Assembly (NCBI GenBank): GCA_043228905.1
Contig: JBHGNT010001150.1
Span: 1 to 11,515 of the forward strand
DNA: 11,515 bases
Direction of reading: 5' to 3'
DNA from: Azolla caroliniana
Taxonomy: Eukaryota > Plantae > Polypodiophyta
Positions 6,364 to 11,515 of the stretch are shown in pieces. Each line of letters begins with the position of its first letter. Position 1 is the stretch's first letter. The translations under genes and the position numbers were made by a program. The notes beneath the pieces were generated by a model, which saw only the letters and a program-made list of their open reading frames with translations, was not told where the DNA came from and did no database searches.

Positions 6364-8822
6364 AAGGCCGCCTCCCAAGACCAGCGGCCGGCTTATGTGG
6401 GTATTGTTGATGAACATCGTGAATGGTCTCTGAAGCATTTTGTAAATGTGTAACCGGTTCCCATGTGGCATCTGAAATGGGGTAACATTTCCATAAGACC
6501 AAATATTGGAGTTATTGACGAAGATAATGGGAGTCAAGGAGTTGGTCAACCACATATTTGTCTCCCGTCGACAATTCCACAAGTGATGGTGGAGGAGGTT
6601 GTCGTCCCAGAATTCGAGAAGGATGGTAGAGTTTGAGGAGGGAAATGTGAAAAACATCATGAATCCTGAATGTTGAAGGAAGTGCTAACCAGAAGGCAAC
6701 TAGGTTGAACCGCTCGATGATACAGAAGGGGCCTAGTCTTTTGTAGTCCAATTTTGCACAAGGACGTGTGGTGGCGATGTGGCGACGTGACAACCAAACC
6801 ATGCCCCCTGACTACAAACGTCGGTGCAGCCAAGTGATGTTGGTCTGCCTAATAATTATATTGGTAGCTAGTGACACGGAGTTCCAGGGAGAGGTCAACA
6901 TGGACATCGTGTAAAGTGCGGGCACATGTCTCTGTCGAAGGATTGACCAAAGTTGCAAGTATGAAAATGTTGAAACGAGGCTGAAATCCATAGTTTGCAA
7001 AGAAGGGGGAAACCTTAGTCGAAGCATGGATACTATTATTGTAGGAAAATTCTGCCATTGCAAGGAAGTCCACCCAATCCTCTTGTTCGTAGCTCATGGT
7101 ACACATGAGGTATTGTTCGAGGATTTGGTTGACTTGTTCGGGTTGTCCATCAGTTTGAGGATGGTATGCTGCTGAAATGTTTACAGAAGTCCCGAATGTC
7201 TGCATAAGTCGTCGCCAAAAGTGGGAAATGAATTGAGAACCTCGATTAGAGGTGATATCCTCGGGTAAGCCATGTAATCCGACAACATTATTAAGAAAAA
7301 ACTCAACTATCTCTTCTTTGGAAATGGTTTTGGAACATGGGACAAAGTGAACCATCTTCGAAAACCGATCGACGATTACTAGCACCATGTCATGGCCACC
7401 GAACAAAGGAAGGGCGGTTTTAAACTCCATGGATAGAGAGGCCCATGGTCTACTTGGAATTGGGAGCGGGTGGAGAAGACCGTATGGCCGATGGTGAGCC
7501 GTTTTGGATCGAGCACATAAATCACATGTCTTGATAAATTCCTTGACAAATTTCCAAGGTTGAGGACACCAAAACCCCCAAGATAGAACCTCCAGGGTTT
7601 TCATGACCCGGCCGGTAAGAGGATCATCATGATAGTTTTGTAGTACCCGTGTATGACACGATCCATTGGGAACGTACAAGAGATGATTACGAAATAGTAA
7701 CCCATCCTGGGTTGTAAATTGGTTGAGATATGAGCTTTTCATGTCCAGGGATAGGTCATTGATGCAGGCCATGATGTCTTTTGCGAATGGGTTTGACATT
7801 GTTGCCGTGGCGATCTCATTGAGAAAAGAATCATCATGCAACATGCAAGTGGCGAACATCTGAAGTTGATCGGGCCTCAACAAAAAATGGGATTGTTGCG
7901 AATATGCGTCATCCCCTGGGTGCAATGTGAAATTTGGTCGCCGAGAGAGGCCATAAACTTTCCCATGTTGAACTCCGGGTCGAAACAAGATGACCATCGG
8001 GCTTGCCTCCAATTCCCATGTACGACTGGTGGTGAAGTAAATTAGATTTTTGTGGCCATTCAACAATTGGATACGATGTTGGGCCCCAACCAAATAGGGT
8101 CGCCATTCGGCGAAGGCAGAAATGATTGCTGCAAGCTCCTTGTCGTAGACCGGATAATTGATTTCTGGGGCTATAAACTTCCAAGAGTAGAAGGCAATAT
8201 GATGTATTGTGTCCCCGTCATATGGTTGGGACAGGACAACTCTAATGGCAAAGTTAGAGGCATCGGTTTGACCTTGGAAGGGCCTTGTGGGGTCGGGGTG
8301 GACCAACATTGGGGCTGTGAGAAAAGCTGCCTTGAGGGGATCAAAAGCACTTTGCGCCACGGAGGTCCAAGGAAATGGAGTATCTTTTCTAGTAATGATT
8401 CTACCTCTTTCAACCAATTAGGGACAGGCCAATTGGTGATTGCCGCTACCTTGCGTGCATCCATTGTGATCTCGGAGGGTGAAATCACGTAGCCTAGGAA
8501 TTCGATAGAGGTTCGATCGAATTCACATTTCTCACTTTTGGCATAAATCCCATGTTCCCGAATTTTGGAGAAATATATTGTTCATCATATGGTTGAAGAC
8601 TACGGGGGTGTTGGTGAGACCGAAAGGCATCAACTTGTACTTGAAATGTCCATAGCGTGTTCGGAAGGTTGTTTTCAAGTCGTCTCCAAGCTTGATACAC
8701 ACTAGATTGTAGGCTCCCCGAAGGTTGATTTTGGAGAAGATACGCCCGGTTCGAAGTTGGTCAAGGACTGTTGGAATTAAAGGTAAGGGATAACAATTAT
8801 GTACCATAATTTTGTTGAGACC
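6362..8822 (-). pseudogene. pol: Gypsy pol pseudogene: RT (YLDD deleted), RNase H, integrase, GPF motif, chromodomain
   Basis: [37 protein letters not shown]; RNase H TDASNFA, NYPVYDKELAAI; integrase CDLC, VIVDRFSKMVHF, YHPQTDGQPE; KLDYKRLGPF, VFHISLLK; chromodomain YVVDQLLDS..LQYLVLWKCYPISDATWEP. Stop at 6364-6362. Confidence 0.96.
6410..6556 (-). other. Integrase C-terminal chromodomain, one internal stop
   Basis: YVVDQLLDSHYLRQ*LQYLVLWKCYPISDATWEPVTHLQNA; the aromatic-cage positions Y, W and Y are retained. Confidence 0.9.
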
Positions 8823-9267
8823 TATAAAGGTTAATATGTGGAAGCTTGTAGATGAAACCGGCTTACAAAAGAAAATAGAAAACAGAGATAAGGTTTAATG
8901 GAAGCTTGAATACACGGGAGAGACAGAGAGAGAGCAGAACAGAAACTTTATTCAAAATAATAACATTGTCTATATACAAATGTCCTATAGAACACTAACA
9001 AAAGTCCTTAATGGACTGAAAGAAGTACTTACATATACTTCAATCCTCATATGAGCGAGTGACACTAACTCCAAGGAATATGCCTACGTACTAGGCTAGA
9101 TCCGTAGGCCTTTAACGGCCTACCGGTTACAATCCGATTTGTCTCTTTCATCTGGGTCTTGGTTTCGGATACCGATCCGGATACTTTTCCGGTTCTTCGT
9201 TCCATATACTGATTCAGATCCGGCTTATTCAGCCGATCCGAATCCGATTGAGCTTGTCCGCTCAACA
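8823..9267 (-). repeat. 3' LTR of Copia A' (445 bp)
   Basis: Starts TGTTGAGCGGACAAGCTCAA (compare TGTTGAGTGAGCAAGCTCAA at 3164). Ends cttccacatattaacctttaTA (terminal CA mutated), after which Gypsy RT codons resume. Confidence 0.9.
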
Positions 9268-11515
9268 CTCAACTTGAGGTTGGATCAAGGTGTCAGTGTT
9301 TGCCGGTCCTTTCCTCCGGCTCCTCCCGGTGTCTTCCCGCCTTGCTCACGCTCCTTTTCCCGTCCAATCCCACTTCCGACAACCTGTCCCATTCCGCGCT
9401 CCTCGACATTTTTGGTTAGCTTGCATGCTCATAAGGCCCATTTTAGCTCCTTTGTTGCTGTGACTTCCGCACTTCTCAACCCGTCAGTTCCTCCGTGGTG
9501 GTGACAACTTCTACTGCCTTCTTGTCCGTTTCGCCTTTAGTGGAACCAACTCCTCCGAATCAAATACGTTCGGGTCATTAGACCACGTTCGAGTCTTGGC
9601 CTTCTCCTTCTGGTCAGCTCTATCCTTCTGAAATATACCACTGTCGCCGCTTGTTCCGACTTGCTTGGATTCTACCACATTAGCTTCCTTGTCTCCCCTT
9701 GTTTTGGTTTCCCTTTCTCCGGCTCCTTGTCCGGTGTCATTACCTGCCTTTCTGGTTTAGGGTTGGAGACCAAGCCACTCTGAAAAATGCTACAACTTGT
9801 CGGTTCCTAGTGCCTTGGTGAAGATGTTGGCAACCTGCTGATCTGTGCAAACATACCGGAGTTCAACTTCACCGCTGAGGACCCGCTCATGCACAAAGTC
9901 AACATTCAACACATAATGTCACTGACACAACAATATGTCGTCAGGGGTGTGGATCACTTCGATCTTGAGGAAGTAATGAAGGTCCCCCAAGTCCTTCATT
10001 TTGAATGCATCTGACAGTTGGGACTTCACTCGCCCGATTTCAGTGAGTCCGGATCCAGTGATGACTAGATCATCCACGTAAAGCAAGATGCATACCGTAC
10101 CTTCCAAACCTTTCCATATGAACAACAAAGGGTCAGACTTTGAGGCCGCAAACCCCATCTTACGCAACTAGTGCGTGATTTTCAAATTCCAAGCACGGGG
10201 AGCTTGCTTCAAGCTGTAAAGTGACTTCTTGAGTCAGCACACTACCGACTTGTTAATCTCAGACTGAAATTCGGGGGGCTGGATCCTGTAGACTTTTTCC
10301 TCAAGGTCATCTTGAAGAAACACATTCTTCACGTCCATTTGGTAAAGATGCCACCCCCTTGTTGCAACAACTGCTAGCACCACACGAACCATTTTCATCT
10401 TCGCTACCGGAGGGAAGGTCTCTTCGTAGTTGATTCCGTCGGTTTGCGCATATCCTTTCGCCACTAACTGAGCCTTCTACCGGTTGACCGAACCATTGGC
10501 ATTGAATTTCACCTTGAACACCCATTTTCAGCCAATTGGTTTGTAGTGTCGGGGATGGTCAACCAGGTCCCATGTGTCGTTAGCATCAAGTGCATGCATC
10601 TCTTCCTCCACAGTGGCACGCCAATGTGCATCTTTTGCCTCTTCTGCATAGCACTCTGGCTCACGCACTTCTGCCACTTTCGTCATGTACGCATAATGAT
10701 GTGTGATATAGTGTGTACCCAATGCCGTTTGACCAGGTTCTTTTGGCAGGTCCATCAACATAACTTCTTGTTACCCAATTTCGAGGCCTTTTTGGCCGAC
10801 TCGGACTTCGTGACCGTAGGTCCGTTTTCGTTTCTTTCAAAGTCGGATTTGGTCTGATCCAACTCTTCTTTGCTAGTGTCATATTCCAACATTTTCTTCT
10901 TTTCTTTCTCTTTGCATGTGAACCGCCTTCTCGGTTCCTTATGCATGGAAAGCATGGCTGAGTTTTCGCTTCTCGCCAGCCCTTCATCTTGCTGGCCTTT
11001 CCGACTCAACTCTTCATTGGGCCCGCTCAACCGAAATGAGATCAGACTCTCATCTAGAGTACTGAATCCTTCTTCATCTTCTGCAGGGATCGTCTCTGGC
11101 TCACTGGACTCATCTTCCGGAATCGGGTCGGAGTCGGGGGTCCGAGACGATAGAGAGTACCAAGATGCCGACTCATCAAATTTGACATCTCGGCTTACTC
11201 GGACTTCCTTTGTCTTGGGATTGTAACACTTGTATCCCTTTTTCTCATGAGAGTAGTGGACCAAAATGCACTTCTCTGACTTCATGTCCAACTTCCTCCT
11301 CTTCTCATCCGGCACATGCACATAGGCAATGCTACCGAATATCCTAAGGTTCCTTACATTTGGCTTTCGTCCGAAATATAGCTCGTGTGTTGACACCTTA
11401 TCCTCGATCCGGTTTTGGATGTAAACGACCGTCCGGACCGCCTTGGCCCAATAGAACCTTGGTATGCTCTTCTCCTCCAATATCGCCCATGCCGCCTCCA
11501 CAATCAACCAATTCT
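9268..11515 (-). pseudogene. pol: Copia pol pseudogene (integrase C-terminal half, RT, RNase H remnant, extension)
   Basis: YWAKAVRTVVYIQNR, LRIFGSIAYVHVPDEKRRKLD, KKGYKCY, VSRDVKFDE; RT LYQMDVKNVFL, YVDD (10080-10069), DLGDLHYFL; RNase H tail FVHERV..QQVANIFTKAL. Multiple stops and frameshifts. Confidence 0.94.

Larger units (their letters stand above)
5963..8822 (-). mobile_element. Ty3/Gypsy chromovirus (Tcn1-like), 3' portion, degenerate
   Basis: Minus-strand order is RT, RNase H, INT, chromodomain, PPT, LTR. It is interrupted at 8822 by the Copia A' LTR. Confidence 0.95.
8823..11515 (-). mobile_element. Ty1/Copia A', second diverged copy of family A, 3' portion; runs off the right edge
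   Basis: Collinear with 961-3572 in INT C-terminus, linker, RT, extension and LTR. It is inserted in the Gypsy RT just before GLNK. Confidence 0.95.

Noticed and set aside
6849-8417. 522-aa ORF as a functional RNase H-integrase gene
   Set aside because: Its start is created by a deletion, catalytic and zinc-finger motifs are damaged, and it stops before the GPF motif and chromodomain.

Overview
The window is almost entirely a nest of decayed LTR retrotransposons. It contains no host gene and no intact ORF. Left to right: a minus-strand LTR (<1-608); a PPT-like tract plus a truncated plus-strand LTR (620-~960); the 3' part of Ty1/Copia element A (+, 961-3572); a 93-bp unassigned spacer; the 5' half of an unrelated AT-rich Copia element B (+, 3666-5962); a chromodomain-bearing Ty3/Gypsy element (-, 5963-8822) inserted into B's integrase; and a diverged copy of family A (A', -, 8823->11515) inserted into the Gypsy RT. 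The Gypsy element looks like a Tcn1-type chromovirus, which suggests a bryophyte or lycophyte host such as Physcomitrium (inference only). The most unusual signal is in the Gypsy LTR. It carries an antisense tRNA-shaped module with A-box and B-box at canonical spacing at its U3 edge, next to a perfect 5-unit heat-shock element and a TATA box. Second, Copia family A has a ~200-codon charged extension after RNase H that lies between two near-identical PPT-like tracts and is shared by both diverged copies.
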